DNA of 64,000 bases from Candidatus Latescibacterota bacterium (GTDB lineage Bacteria; Latescibacterota; UBA2968; UBA8231): assembly GCA_965243025.1 (NCBI GenBank), contig CBDETY010000003.1, positions 1,120,001 through 1,184,000 on the forward strand, read 5' to 3'. A program made the position numbers and the translations under genes. Positions 1 to 9,377 of the stretch are shown one piece after another. Below the pieces are notes generated by a model. It ran no database searches. It worked only from the letters and a program-made list of their open reading frames with translations, and was not told the DNA's origin. Position 1 is the stretch's first letter; every line of letters starts with the position of its first letter.

Positions 1-1
1 G

Positions 2-709
2 ATCCCGGTGGGTGAGGAGGTGGTGATTTCCTACGCCATCAGCGCCGGCGTCGAACCGGGTTCCGACGGATTCGACGCCCTGCACATCGCCACTCCCTCG
101 CAACCGAGGTTCCTCAGCTTGATGGCGGGCACTCCCCTGGCCGCCCTCGAGCCGGAGGAAGTGCTCGAGGAGGAGGACGGCCTGACCCTGTTCCTTCCCG
201 AGCGCGTCGAAAGCGACCGGGATCTGCGCATCGATTTCGGAGTGACTCTGTTCACCGTCTCGGCGCAGCTGAACGGAGCGGTGTTCAACCGCGACAAGAG
301 CGACCGCAGGCAGTTCATCGAGGCCGGCGATGCCAGCCAGGAGATCGGCAGCGACCTGCTCCAGCTGGTGGCCGACGACAACTCGGTGCGCCGCACCCTG
401 GGAGACATCGCCATCCGCCCGCGGGTGATCACACCGAACCAGGACGGACGCAACGACCTCCTGCAGATCGACTACACCCTTTTCGGGGTCCTCGGAACGG
501 ACGTCGAGATCCTGGTTTACGACCTGGCAGGACGATTGGTGAGCAGGTTCCCGGCCTCCGGCCGGACCGCGGGCACCCACACGGTGCAGTGGAACGGCAT
601 GGATGAATCGGGGCAGGTTCTTCCCCCCGGTGCCTACCTGTGCGAGATTGCAGCCGAGACCGGTGCCGGCCGTTTCCAGTCCATCAGGCCGATCGCGGTG
701 GCGTACTGA
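2..709 (+). CDS. Surface protein with C-terminal FlgD-Ig/gliding-motility-like sorting domain (5' partial)
   Basis: Frame is open from the window edge. The C-terminus ITPNQDGRND...VYDLAGRLV...WNGMDESGQVLPPGAY is typical of FlgD_ig-like domains and is paralogous to the next gene. Confidence 0.8.
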   Translation: MPVGEEVVISYAISAGVEPGSDGFDALHIATPSQPRFLSLMAGTPLAALEPEEVLEEEDGLTLFLPERVESDRDLRIDFGVTLFTVSAQLNGAVFNRDKSDRRQFIEAGDASQEIGSDLLQLVADDNSVRRTLGDIAIRPRVITPNQDGRNDLLQIDYTLFGVLGTDVEILVYDLAGRLVSRFPASGRTAGTHTVQWNGMDESGQVLPPGAYLCEIAAETGAGRFQSIRPIAVAY

Positions 710-720
710 AAACAAGGCAG

Positions 721-3045
721 ATGGCCATGAAATCGATACGCTGGTGTTCAGCTTTCCTGCTCCTGACCAGTTTCGCCCCTGTCGATACGGGGGGCGATAC
801 CTACCGGGTAAACAGGCAGTCGCAGTGGGAGGAATGGAAGTTCCCCAAGGGGGTCCTGGAATTCGTTCCGGAAGGGCTTACGCTGACCAGGTACGGCCGA
901 AACATCAATGCCGCACTCAACGCTGCCGAATTCACCCACGCCCTGGCTGGAAACAACGAGACGAATGGGGGAGTGTGGGCGGTGGGCTCGAATGCCCGCA
1001 CCGCCGACCGGGTGATCGACGGGGACGCGACCACCTGGTGGCAACCGAGCCAGGGCGACGATCTCGAAGACTGGTGGATCCAGGTCGATCTCGGCCGCGC
1101 CGTGCCGGTAACGAATATCCGTGTCGTTTTTCCCGATGAGGAAGGGGCCAGGCCTCCGCGTCAGTTCCGCCTCTTCGCCAGCGATGGCGAGCGCGTTTCC
1201 CAGGGCGCCGACCTGTTCAGTTTCGAAATGCTCGGGGGTACGTCCCGCTACAACGAAGAGACCGTGGTCGAGTTCGTGCCGGCAACGCTTTCGGCAACCG
1301 CCAACCGCTTTCTCCGCGATGCCACGGTTCCTCCGGACACCACTTTCGGGACGAGCTATCGCTCCCTCCAGTACATCCGCCTGCGCATCGATGAAATGAC
1401 CGAAGACGCCTCCGTCGCCGAGATCGAAGTCTACACTTTCGGCAGCAACATCTCCCTGCAGACAATCGAGCGCGGCGGCAGCGTAGTGGAGGCCTCGGGA
1501 CGCGGAGAGGTGCTGGTCGACGGCGACTTCAACACGGCCTGGTCCCAGTCGATCCGCGGGCAGGACATCATTTTCGTATGGGATCTCGGCGCCACCTTCT
1601 GGATGGAACGCCTGCTCATGCTCGGGGCCTCCGCCGCCGGAACCCTTCACGGCAGCCAGACCCACGTCACGAGGATCAACGATCACTCGCTGCGGGTCTC
1701 CACGGGAGAACGCACCTTTTCGGGGGAATTGAACTGGGAGCTGGTGCGGGATGTCGTCCCCCGCGGTTCATCCTTTCGCGACATTCAGTACCTCTTCGAC
1801 CCCCCCAGGGCGGTCCGGTATTTTGCCGCGGTCTGGCCCAACCGGCCCAACGGCAACATGGCTGACATGGTCGCCATTCCCGCCGGCCACGTCGCCTCGG
1901 TCGAGATGGAATCCAACTTCATCGACCTGGGTGAATTCGCCGGGGACAACCGTTCGAAGCAGATCGAAGGCATCTCCTGGGAGGGAGATATTCCCCCGGG
2001 CTCGAACGTGCAGCTGCGCACCAGGACCGGTCACAAGCTGACCAACGTGGTAACCTACTATCACAAGAACGGCGATCTGCTTTCCGGGGCCGAGGAGTAC
2101 TACGCCCTCAACAAGTTCGTACGCGGCGACACCGTTGCCTTCCTCGACGCCGGTGAGGACTGGAGCCCGTGGAGCTCGCTCTATCAGGAACAGGGACAGT
2201 CGCTGTCTCCCAGCCCGCGGCGGTTTCTGCAGATGAAGCTCGTGGTCAACTCGGAGGAGCCGGATGTCGCGCCCGTGCTCGGCAGTCTCGACGTCGAGTT
2301 CACCGACGCCATCCTGCGCGGCGCCCAGGCGGAGATACACCCGAAAGAGGCGGAACCGGTGGTGCCGGAGGAGTTTACCCTGAAGCTTTGGGGCGATTAC
2401 GGCGAGGGGGGCAGCTTCGACCAGATCCTGATAGAAACCCCCTCTCAGGTCGATCCGGTCGACCTCGAAGTTTCAGTGCGCGGGGTTGAGGTCGAACCCT
2501 CTGCGGTGAGGGCGACACCGGACTCGCTGTTGATTCAGCTGCAGGATGCGGTCAGCGACAACGCCGATACGGTTTCGGTCGACTTCGTCGCGGCAATCGA
2601 CAGGAATCCGACGATTTTCAACTCGTTCATCGGCAGCTCCGAAAGAGGGGAGTTGTGGCAGTTCGTCAACCAGGCCGAAGGGGTTCCTCACGCGACCGAG
2701 GTGTTTTTTCCATCGGTTCCGAAGAGCGGGGAACTGCTCGGCGGTTTCGCCATTGAGCCACCGGTTGCGACGCCGAATGGCGACGGCATTGGAGAAGAAG
2801 CCCGCATCAGCTTTGCGCTCCTGAACGTCGAAGTGGTTCCCGAGGTGACGATTTTCACGATGGGCGGAAACCCGGTCCGGGAGTTGGAAGGCAGCCGCGG
2901 TTCTGCCGGCCGCTACGAGTTCACCTGGTCCGGCCGGGACGGGTCGGGAAAGGTCGTTCCCCCGGGTATATACCTGGTGCGCGTGCGCGTCGCGACCCAG
3001 GCCGAGGAGCAGCAGCTGACCAGGATTGTCGGATTGGCCTACTGA
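721..3045 (+). CDS. Secreted discoidin (F5/8 type C)-like domain protein with C-terminal FlgD-Ig domain
   Basis: Signal-peptide-like start (MAMKSIRWCSAFLLL). Discoidin-like VIDGDATTWW...WIQVDLGR. C-terminal TPNGDG...WSGRDGSGKVVPPGIY. Confidence 0.8.
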   Translation: MAMKSIRWCSAFLLLTSFAPVDTGGDTYRVNRQSQWEEWKFPKGVLEFVPEGLTLTRYGRNINAALNAAEFTHALAGNNETNGGVWAVGSNARTADRVIDGDATTWWQPSQGDDLEDWWIQVDLGRAVPVTNIRVVFPDEEGARPPRQFRLFASDGERVSQGADLFSFEMLGGTSRYNEETVVEFVPATLSATANRFLRDATVPPDTTFGTSYRSLQYIRLRIDEMTEDASVAEIEVYTFGSNISLQTIERGGSVVEASGRGEVLVDGDFNTAWSQSIRGQDIIFVWDLGATFWMERLLMLGASAAGTLHGSQTHVTRINDHSLRVSTGERTFSGELNWELVRDVVPRGSSFRDIQYLFDPPRAVRYFAAVWPNRPNGNMADMVAIPAGHVASVEMESNFIDLGEFAGDNRSKQIEGISWEGDIPPGSNVQLRTRTGHKLTNVVTYYHKNGDLLSGAEEYYALNKFVRGDTVAFLDAGEDWSPWSSLYQEQGQSLSPSPRRFLQMKLVVNSEEPDVAPVLGSLDVEFTDAILRGAQAEIHPKEAEPVVPEEFTLKLWGDYGEGGSFDQILIETPSQVDPVDLEVSVRGVEVEPSAVRATPDSLLIQLQDAVSDNADTVSVDFVAAIDRNPTIFNSFIGSSERGELWQFVNQAEGVPHATEVFFPSVPKSGELLGGFAIEPPVATPNGDGIGEEARISFALLNVEVVPEVTIFTMGGNPVRELEGSRGSAGRYEFTWSGRDGSGKVVPPGIYLVRVRVATQAEEQQLTRIVGLAY

Positions 3046-3070
3046 CGGTAACCGGAGGAGGGGAGAAACC

Positions 3071-5707
3071 ATGCACAGAGGGGTCCGGGACACCCTTGTA
3101 TCGGCACAGTGTGCTGTTCTGCTGTTCCTTTCGGCAGCGCAAGGACAGCTGCCCACGGGACACCGGGAAGTATCCGAGCCCGGCATCGAAGGGGTGCGCA
3201 TCCATACCGGGGCGCTCGCTCCTTCCCTGAGGAAGTGGTACCTCCCTCAGAATCTCTACTACGAATACCGCTGGCGGGGTTGGGAGTACAGCAACTACGC
3301 CAAGGATCCTTACCAGAGGTACGTCGGCATCCTTCTGAACGGAACGCGTCAGTACGACCCCCTGGGGAACTACATCTCCAAGGGGTGGCGCATCTACGAC
3401 TGGACCGAGAACAATCCCCAGGCATTCGGAAGCAGCATCTTCAAGGCCCCGCAATACGGGAGCTGGTTCAGCAGCCTGATCGTTTCCTCGGCCCACAAGG
3501 GCCAGTTCCACACCGCGGTGACGATCGGCGACGGAATCCGCACCACCCTGACTCCCCTGACTTTCTCCAAGCCGGCCTTCAACGGCATGCAGTGGGACTT
3601 TCTCACCGACAGCTACGGTCTGACCCTGATCGCATCGCGGGTCAGCTCTCCCGGAATCCCGGTGCAGGCCATCACCCAGCCGCCGACGACCGCGGTGAAC
3701 TCGACGCGGGCGGTGGGCGGCCGGGGATTCGCCCAGCTCGGCGACTTCGCACAGGTCGGGGCGACCTGGGTGTCGGCCCATCACGCCGACAACGAGCTCG
3801 GGTTGGGCAAGAACTCGTTGAAGGGCATTCTGACGCGGCCCCAGAACCTCGGCAACGTCGAGCAGGTCCTGATCCGGGTCTCCGACGATTCTCCCGAGTC
3901 CCCGGAGACCGGGGCGGTGCTGTTCCTCGAACGGATCCGCATCGATGGGGAACTGCAGCAGATCACCCCCCTGGTTACCGGAGGGGTGCGCGAGGACGGC
4001 GTCCTCAAGGCCCGGGGCACCGACGCCATTCTGCTGACCTACGACATCCGCAACGACTTCATTCCCACCGACGAGACCGAGAGTTTCCGCGACGTCCGCA
4101 AGATCGAGTTCGAGCTGATCGTCGCCAACGACTACCTCGTCGAGGTGTCATCCAACAAGCAGCTCAACCGGCTGGGTGGCGAGGTGTTCCTGCCGGTGTT
4201 CCAGGCGGGGGACAACATAACCGACGGTTCCAACCAGCGATTCCTGCGCTTCGAGTACGGCCTGCCGACCGCAAACGAAGTGGCCGGCATCGATTTCGAG
4301 CTGACAAACATCCACAGCGTCGAGCTCAAGGCGGAATACGTGGTCAACAGCCGCCATCGGCGCTTCCCGAACCAGAACTTCCGCAAGCTTTCTCCCAGCA
4401 CCGACAGGGCGGAAGCGAGCTACGTGACCGCTTCCTGGACCGGATATCCCTGGTACGCCTACGGCGAGGCGTTCTCGATCGACGCCGACTACACGACCTC
4501 GGCGTTCACGGCCAACGCCAGGGGCGACATCGACTACGGCAACGAGCTGCGCCATCTGTTCGAGTTCGTCGAGGACAACGACGACCAGGATCGATTCCCG
4601 GACTGGCTGAGGCAGGGGCAGACCGGACAGATCATCTTCTTCGGAGAACTGGGAGCCATTACGGGCCAGGACTTCGAGATTTTTCCCGGCCTCGACGAGA
4701 ACAACGACTTCGTCTCCGACTTCAACCAGAACCGCAACTCCCAGCCGGACTACGCCGAGCCCTTCCTTCGCTACGCGGTCGATGCCCCCGAGTTCCTGTT
4801 CGGGATGGACATGAACAACAACACCATCATCGACCGCTTCGAGGACGACGTCCTTCCCGATTATCCCTACGAGCGCGACCGGCGGGGGTACAACGCATAC
4901 GGCGGAGTCGCCCTGCAGGAGAACGTCCATCTGACCGCCGGCCGCCTGAATCAGCGGCAGCCCAGCAGCGGGAGAGAGAACCACTCCACCTACGGTCTGC
5001 TGGCCGCACGCTGGAATTACCCCGGGCTGAGGCTCTCGTTCTTCGAACACCCGAAGCGGGTCAGGGACAACATCGCCGAGGACCGCATCCGCTGGATCGA
5101 CCCGCAGGGACTCGTAAGTTTCCGGGACCCTCTCGAGAACCAGGACACCTTCGTAAACACCCTCTACTTCGACGCCCGATACTTCCGCATTCCCAAGCTC
5201 AATCTTTCGACCAAACTCAAGTGGGAGATCTTTCGCCAGCAGGGTGAGGAAGCGGACCTGAAACGAGACCGCTCCTTTTTCGGCTGGATTCACAAGGCGG
5301 ACTACCAGCTCGGCCTGGGTGAATCCTGGACGTTCTGGCCCAAGTGGAAGAGCATCTTCCGACGCGAAGTGCCAACGGAAAAAAGCCTGCGCTCCCAGCG
5401 AGAGATCGAGGAGACCTTCTTCCTGATTACGCGGTACGCATTCCTTCCGGATACCTTTCTCGACCTGGGTTTCGAGTACAGCATCTTCGAAAACCTCAAG
5501 AAAAGCCCGGAGGTTGCCCAGGCAGGCTTCATCGATGACAACCGCAGCCTGATTCTGGCGGCCCTGTTCTCCAACTCGTCCGCATATCTCGGTTACAAGC
5601 TGACGCTTAACGTCGGCCTGCAGTGGGAGCGGCAGAAGTTCAAGGAAGCTACCCTGAAGGAAACGACCGCATTGGTGCGTGTCTTCGCCGCCACGGGAGA
5701 GCTGTAG
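3071..5707 (+). CDS. Large exported hypothetical protein with Asp/Asn-rich Ca-binding-like motifs and a beta-barrel-like C-terminal half
   Basis: GGAG RBS before ATG 3071, signal-like N-terminus, DNDDQD / DENND / DMNNN motifs, aromatic alternating strands, strong GC3 bias. Confidence 0.75.
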   Translation: MHRGVRDTLVSAQCAVLLFLSAAQGQLPTGHREVSEPGIEGVRIHTGALAPSLRKWYLPQNLYYEYRWRGWEYSNYAKDPYQRYVGILLNGTRQYDPLGNYISKGWRIYDWTENNPQAFGSSIFKAPQYGSWFSSLIVSSAHKGQFHTAVTIGDGIRTTLTPLTFSKPAFNGMQWDFLTDSYGLTLIASRVSSPGIPVQAITQPPTTAVNSTRAVGGRGFAQLGDFAQVGATWVSAHHADNELGLGKNSLKGILTRPQNLGNVEQVLIRVSDDSPESPETGAVLFLERIRIDGELQQITPLVTGGVREDGVLKARGTDAILLTYDIRNDFIPTDETESFRDVRKIEFELIVANDYLVEVSSNKQLNRLGGEVFLPVFQAGDNITDGSNQRFLRFEYGLPTANEVAGIDFELTNIHSVELKAEYVVNSRHRRFPNQNFRKLSPSTDRAEASYVTASWTGYPWYAYGEAFSIDADYTTSAFTANARGDIDYGNELRHLFEFVEDNDDQDRFPDWLRQGQTGQIIFFGELGAITGQDFEIFPGLDENNDFVSDFNQNRNSQPDYAEPFLRYAVDAPEFLFGMDMNNNTIIDRFEDDVLPDYPYERDRRGYNAYGGVALQENVHLTAGRLNQRQPSSGRENHSTYGLLAARWNYPGLRLSFFEHPKRVRDNIAEDRIRWIDPQGLVSFRDPLENQDTFVNTLYFDARYFRIPKLNLSTKLKWEIFRQQGEEADLKRDRSFFGWIHKADYQLGLGESWTFWPKWKSIFRREVPTEKSLRSQREIEETFFLITRYAFLPDTFLDLGFEYSIFENLKKSPEVAQAGFIDDNRSLILAALFSNSSAYLGYKLTLNVGLQWERQKFKEATLKETTALVRVFAATGEL

Positions 5708-5713
5708 CGGTAC

Positions 5714-7420
5714 GTGAGGGGACAGGAACCGAACTCGTGGAGAGGCCGGGCCTTTGGGTCCGGCCTTGTCCGTCATGGCCTGATTGCAGGTGCTGCGCTG
5801 GCGTTGCATCCGGGATGCTCGGATGACAATCCCGAGATACTGGCGACCATAGGGGAGGAGGAGGTCACCCTGTCGCAGCTTCTCGAATTCGTCGAACGGA
5901 CCCCCGAGCGTCTGCGCTCGCAAAAGCCGGGCGCCGAGGCGATGCGGGACCACCTTCAGAGCCTCATCGACATGCAGCTGATGGAGCTCGAAGCGCGGGG
6001 TCGGGATTTGCACGAGGATCCCGGTTTTCAGGAGGAGTTCGGAAAGCTTCGCCGCAAACGGCTGATCGCCGAGCTGTTGCGGCGGCATCTGGAAGACCAG
6101 GGGCAGCTCGGTACCGAGGAGTTGAGGAGGCGGTACGTCGAGAGCAAGTGGAGCCGTCAGCTGCAGCTGGCGCACATCGAGCTGGCCGGCGAGGCCGAGG
6201 CGCAGAAAGCTCTCGCCGAGATCCGCGGGGGGCGGTCTTTCGAGGAGGTCGCCCTGGAGATGTCCCGGGACGAAGCGACCTCGGGGAAAGGCGGGGTCAT
6301 CGAGCGGTTTCTGGGCCGGGAGCACATCGAGGACATCGGGCTGCCCCTGAAAGTGGCCGAAGAGCTCTTCGACCTTCCGGTCGGCGAGGTCAGCAGGGCC
6401 TACGAGCTCGGAGACGGGTACGAGATCTTCAAAATCGTCGGGGAGACGGCTTCTCCGAACTGGTACGGGGACGTTTTCGCCAGGAAGGAGCAGCAGGAAC
6501 AGTCCCGGCGCCTGAAGAATCAGCTCGTGCGCGAACTGGCGGAGAAATACCGCTTCCGTCTCGATTCGGAAGGGCTCGCATTTCTCCTTGAAAAGGCGGC
6601 GCACTCCGATGCCGGTTTCCTGCGCATTCCCGACGATGAGCGCGATGTCGTTCTCTGCCGCTTCGACGGCGGCCAGGTGACACTGCAGGACTTTTCCGAC
6701 GCCTACCGGCAGGTATGGTTCTACCGCGAGGTAAGGTTCGACAGCACGGGTATCGCCGAGTTCGTCGACAAGCACATGCTGGAAGAGGCCATCCTTGTCC
6801 ACGAAGCCGAGATGCGGGGACTCGACAGGGACGAGCAGGTAGTCTCCTGGCTTGCCGGGAAAGAGGAGTCGATGCTCGTACACGCCCTCAAGGAAGCCGA
6901 GGTCGACGCCGGAGTCGATACCAGCGAAGCGGAGATACGGCGCTATTTCGAGTCCCATACCGGGCGTTTCATGCTTCCCGAAGAAGCCTGCGTGGTCGAG
7001 GTGCTTGTCGGGACGGAAGAGGAGGCGAACACAATCCTCGAGAGGGCGCGCCGGGGGGAAAGCCTGAAAGAACTGGCCGTGGCTTACAGCATACGCCAGG
7101 GTCTGGAGAGACACGGCGGCCAGTTCTGCCTGCACCCCTACGAGCGCCTGGTCTACGGGCGGATGCTCGAGATCGCCATGAGGGCCGACTACGGGGAGCT
7201 GCAGGGCCCGGTGAAGGTGCGCCACGGGTACTCAGTGTTCACCGTTACGGAGCGTCTGGACGCGCGTCCCGAGACCTTCGAAGAGGCGCGCACGAAGGCG
7301 CGTTGGTGGCTGCGCAAGTCGCAGGAAAAACGGCTCTTCGAGGAGCTGATGGACAGGCTCAGGTCGAAATTCAAGTCGCGGGTGATCGTCTACGAAGACC
7401 GGCTGGCCCCGATATCGTAG
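5714..7420 (+). CDS. Parvulin/PpiC-type peptidyl-prolyl isomerase (PrsA/SurA-like lipoprotein chaperone, two rotamase domains)
   Basis: Lipobox-like LHPGC; rotamase motifs SFEEVALEMSRDEATSGKGG and LKELAVAYS...GG...GPVKVRHGYSVF. Confidence 0.85.
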   Translation: MRGQEPNSWRGRAFGSGLVRHGLIAGAALALHPGCSDDNPEILATIGEEEVTLSQLLEFVERTPERLRSQKPGAEAMRDHLQSLIDMQLMELEARGRDLHEDPGFQEEFGKLRRKRLIAELLRRHLEDQGQLGTEELRRRYVESKWSRQLQLAHIELAGEAEAQKALAEIRGGRSFEEVALEMSRDEATSGKGGVIERFLGREHIEDIGLPLKVAEELFDLPVGEVSRAYELGDGYEIFKIVGETASPNWYGDVFARKEQQEQSRRLKNQLVRELAEKYRFRLDSEGLAFLLEKAAHSDAGFLRIPDDERDVVLCRFDGGQVTLQDFSDAYRQVWFYREVRFDSTGIAEFVDKHMLEEAILVHEAEMRGLDRDEQVVSWLAGKEESMLVHALKEAEVDAGVDTSEAEIRRYFESHTGRFMLPEEACVVEVLVGTEEEANTILERARRGESLKELAVAYSIRQGLERHGGQFCLHPYERLVYGRMLEIAMRADYGELQGPVKVRHGYSVFTVTERLDARPETFEEARTKARWWLRKSQEKRLFEELMDRLRSKFKSRVIVYEDRLAPIS

Positions 7421-8568
7421 TGCGGTGGAGCTGTGCGATCCTGTTGGCCGCGGCGATTTCCGGATGCGGCGGCGACACTCCCGGATCCCGCCGGTCCGGT
7501 GAGGCGGAAAAGGCGTTTGCGCAGGCGAAGGTTCACGCGAAGGCCGGCAGGTACGGCCCCGCTGTCGCCGCCGCGCGTCGGACCTTGCGAGCCGACAGCA
7601 CCCATGTCGATGCGTGGGTACTTCAGGGGATGGTTCTCATGAGGCAGGGGAAGCTGCACGAAGCGGCTCGATCCTTCGAGGAGGTGATCCGGCGGGAACC
7701 CGGTCACTCCGAAGGGTACTCCGCCCTGGGTGACGTCCGCCTGCGGCAGAACCAGCTCGACGAGGCGATCGAGGCCTTCAGCAGTGCGATACGGAACACT
7801 CCGCAGCGCGTCCCCCTCTACAGGAAACTGGCCCAGTCCTATGCCAACCAGAGCCGCTACGTCGAAGCGGCCGATGCCCTGAACAAGGCGCTGGAGCGCG
7901 ACCCGGATGCCGTTGCCACTCATTACAGCCTGGGAATGATCTACGAGCGTCAGACCGAGTACGAGGACGCACTTTCCGCGTTCCGGCGCGCCACCGAGCT
8001 GGATTCGACCTACGCCGACGCTCACTGTCAACTGGGGCGGATTCTTCTGCTTCAAGGGCTGCCCGAACAGGCTGACGCAAGCTTCCGCACCGCCCTCCGG
8101 CAGCGCCCGGGGCATGCCAAGGCAGCCACAGGCAGGGCAAGGGTATTGATCCAGCAGGGCAAATATGCGGAAGGGGAGGCCCTGTTGCGCGGCGTGCTCG
8201 AAGCAGACCCGTTCGAAGCCGAAGCCCGCCACCGGCTGGGGAACCTCTATCTCAGGCAGGGGCGTTCCGAGGAGGGCAAGCAAATCCTCGATGCGTTCGA
8301 GAGATTGCGCGTCGTCAGCCACGAGGTGAACCGCTTCCGACGGATTCTCAATTCCCATCCACGGGATGCCGACGCCCACTACAACCTCGGGGTACTCTAC
8401 GCGGGGCAGGGGCTGTTCCGGGAGGCGGCGGCGTCGTATCGCAGGGCACTGGCGGTCAACCCCGGGGACACGAGCGCCAGGAAAAACCTGGCCAATCTGC
8501 TCCGCAAACACCCCGAGCAGTTCGAAAACAGGAAAACAGCAACAGGTCCGGAAAAGGAGCGACCCTGA
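7420..8568 (+). CDS. Tetratricopeptide-repeat lipoprotein
   Basis: GTG overlaps the previous stop; lipobox AISGC; many TPR motifs (AHYNLGVLYAGQG...A). Confidence 0.85.
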   Translation: MRWSCAILLAAAISGCGGDTPGSRRSGEAEKAFAQAKVHAKAGRYGPAVAAARRTLRADSTHVDAWVLQGMVLMRQGKLHEAARSFEEVIRREPGHSEGYSALGDVRLRQNQLDEAIEAFSSAIRNTPQRVPLYRKLAQSYANQSRYVEAADALNKALERDPDAVATHYSLGMIYERQTEYEDALSAFRRATELDSTYADAHCQLGRILLLQGLPEQADASFRTALRQRPGHAKAATGRARVLIQQGKYAEGEALLRGVLEADPFEAEARHRLGNLYLRQGRSEEGKQILDAFERLRVVSHEVNRFRRILNSHPRDADAHYNLGVLYAGQGLFREAAASYRRALAVNPGDTSARKNLANLLRKHPEQFENRKTATGPEKERP

Positions 8569-8570
8569 TC

Positions 8571-9377
8571 ATGAAATGGTGCTGCAGAAGAACCGTGCTG
8601 ACCCGCCCGAGTCGGACGATCACCCTGCTGTGCGTCGTCGCGGGGTCCTTTTCACTGGCTGGCTGCGGGCTGAAGTTCGGCCACCGCCACTTCGCCGGGC
8701 CGATACTCCCGGTATCGGCGCAGGAGAACGAGTCGTTTACCGTGGGCGATGACCGCAGCATAACCTTCGTCCTCGACCGGCTCGAGATCTCGCTGCGCTC
8801 GGTGACCGCGGAGATGCTCAACCGCCAGTTTGCCCGCAACTCCGAGGTCGACGATGGCTCCGCCTACCGGAACCCCACCCAGATGCAGACCAACCCGTTC
8901 ACTTTCGGCGACTGGGTCCCGCCCGAAGCGGAGCGCGCCCCGACCCGGTTTACGGTTTTCTTCCTGAACGTGAAGAACTACGCCTTCCCCAAGGTCCGGG
9001 TCGATCCGGAAAAGGTCGTGCTGACCGCGGCCAACGGACGCCGCTACCCGGCGCTCAGCCTGCACGCCCTGCTCGAATACTACTGGCCCTATGCGGTAGC
9101 CTACGCCGGCAACACCTACAAGAGCTACGAGGAGCGGCGCGACCTGCTCCGCAAGTCGATGTTCCGGAACGAGAACATCTTCAGCGGCCAGGAGTACGGA
9201 GGCTACGTGGTGTTTCCCGCCCTCGACTACGACGTCGAGGATTTCGAGGTGATGGTCCACGACGCCATCCTCCGGTTCGACTACCGCAACGAGCCGACCG
9301 AGACGGTGAACATTCCGTACCAGTTCAGCCGCGAGGTGTACCAGGCCAAGGCCCCGCGCACCGAAGAGTACTATTAG
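8571..9377 (+). CDS. Hypothetical lipoprotein
   Basis: Lipobox LAGC, operonic spacing, coding-like codon bias. Confidence 0.75.
   Translation: MKWCCRRTVLTRPSRTITLLCVVAGSFSLAGCGLKFGHRHFAGPILPVSAQENESFTVGDDRSITFVLDRLEISLRSVTAEMLNRQFARNSEVDDGSAYRNPTQMQTNPFTFGDWVPPEAERAPTRFTVFFLNVKNYAFPKVRVDPEKVVLTAANGRRYPALSLHALLEYYWPYAVAYAGNTYKSYEERRDLLRKSMFRNENIFSGQEYGGYVVFPALDYDVEDFEVMVHDAILRFDYRNEPTETVNIPYQFSREVYQAKAPRTEEYY

Noticed and set aside
4148-7225. 1025-aa minus-strand ORF, and similar long shadow ORFs such as 12657-15263, 19038-21452, 42449-44839 and 57827-59839
   Set aside because: They are antisense mirrors of well-supported genes in high-GC DNA and have no recognisable motifs.
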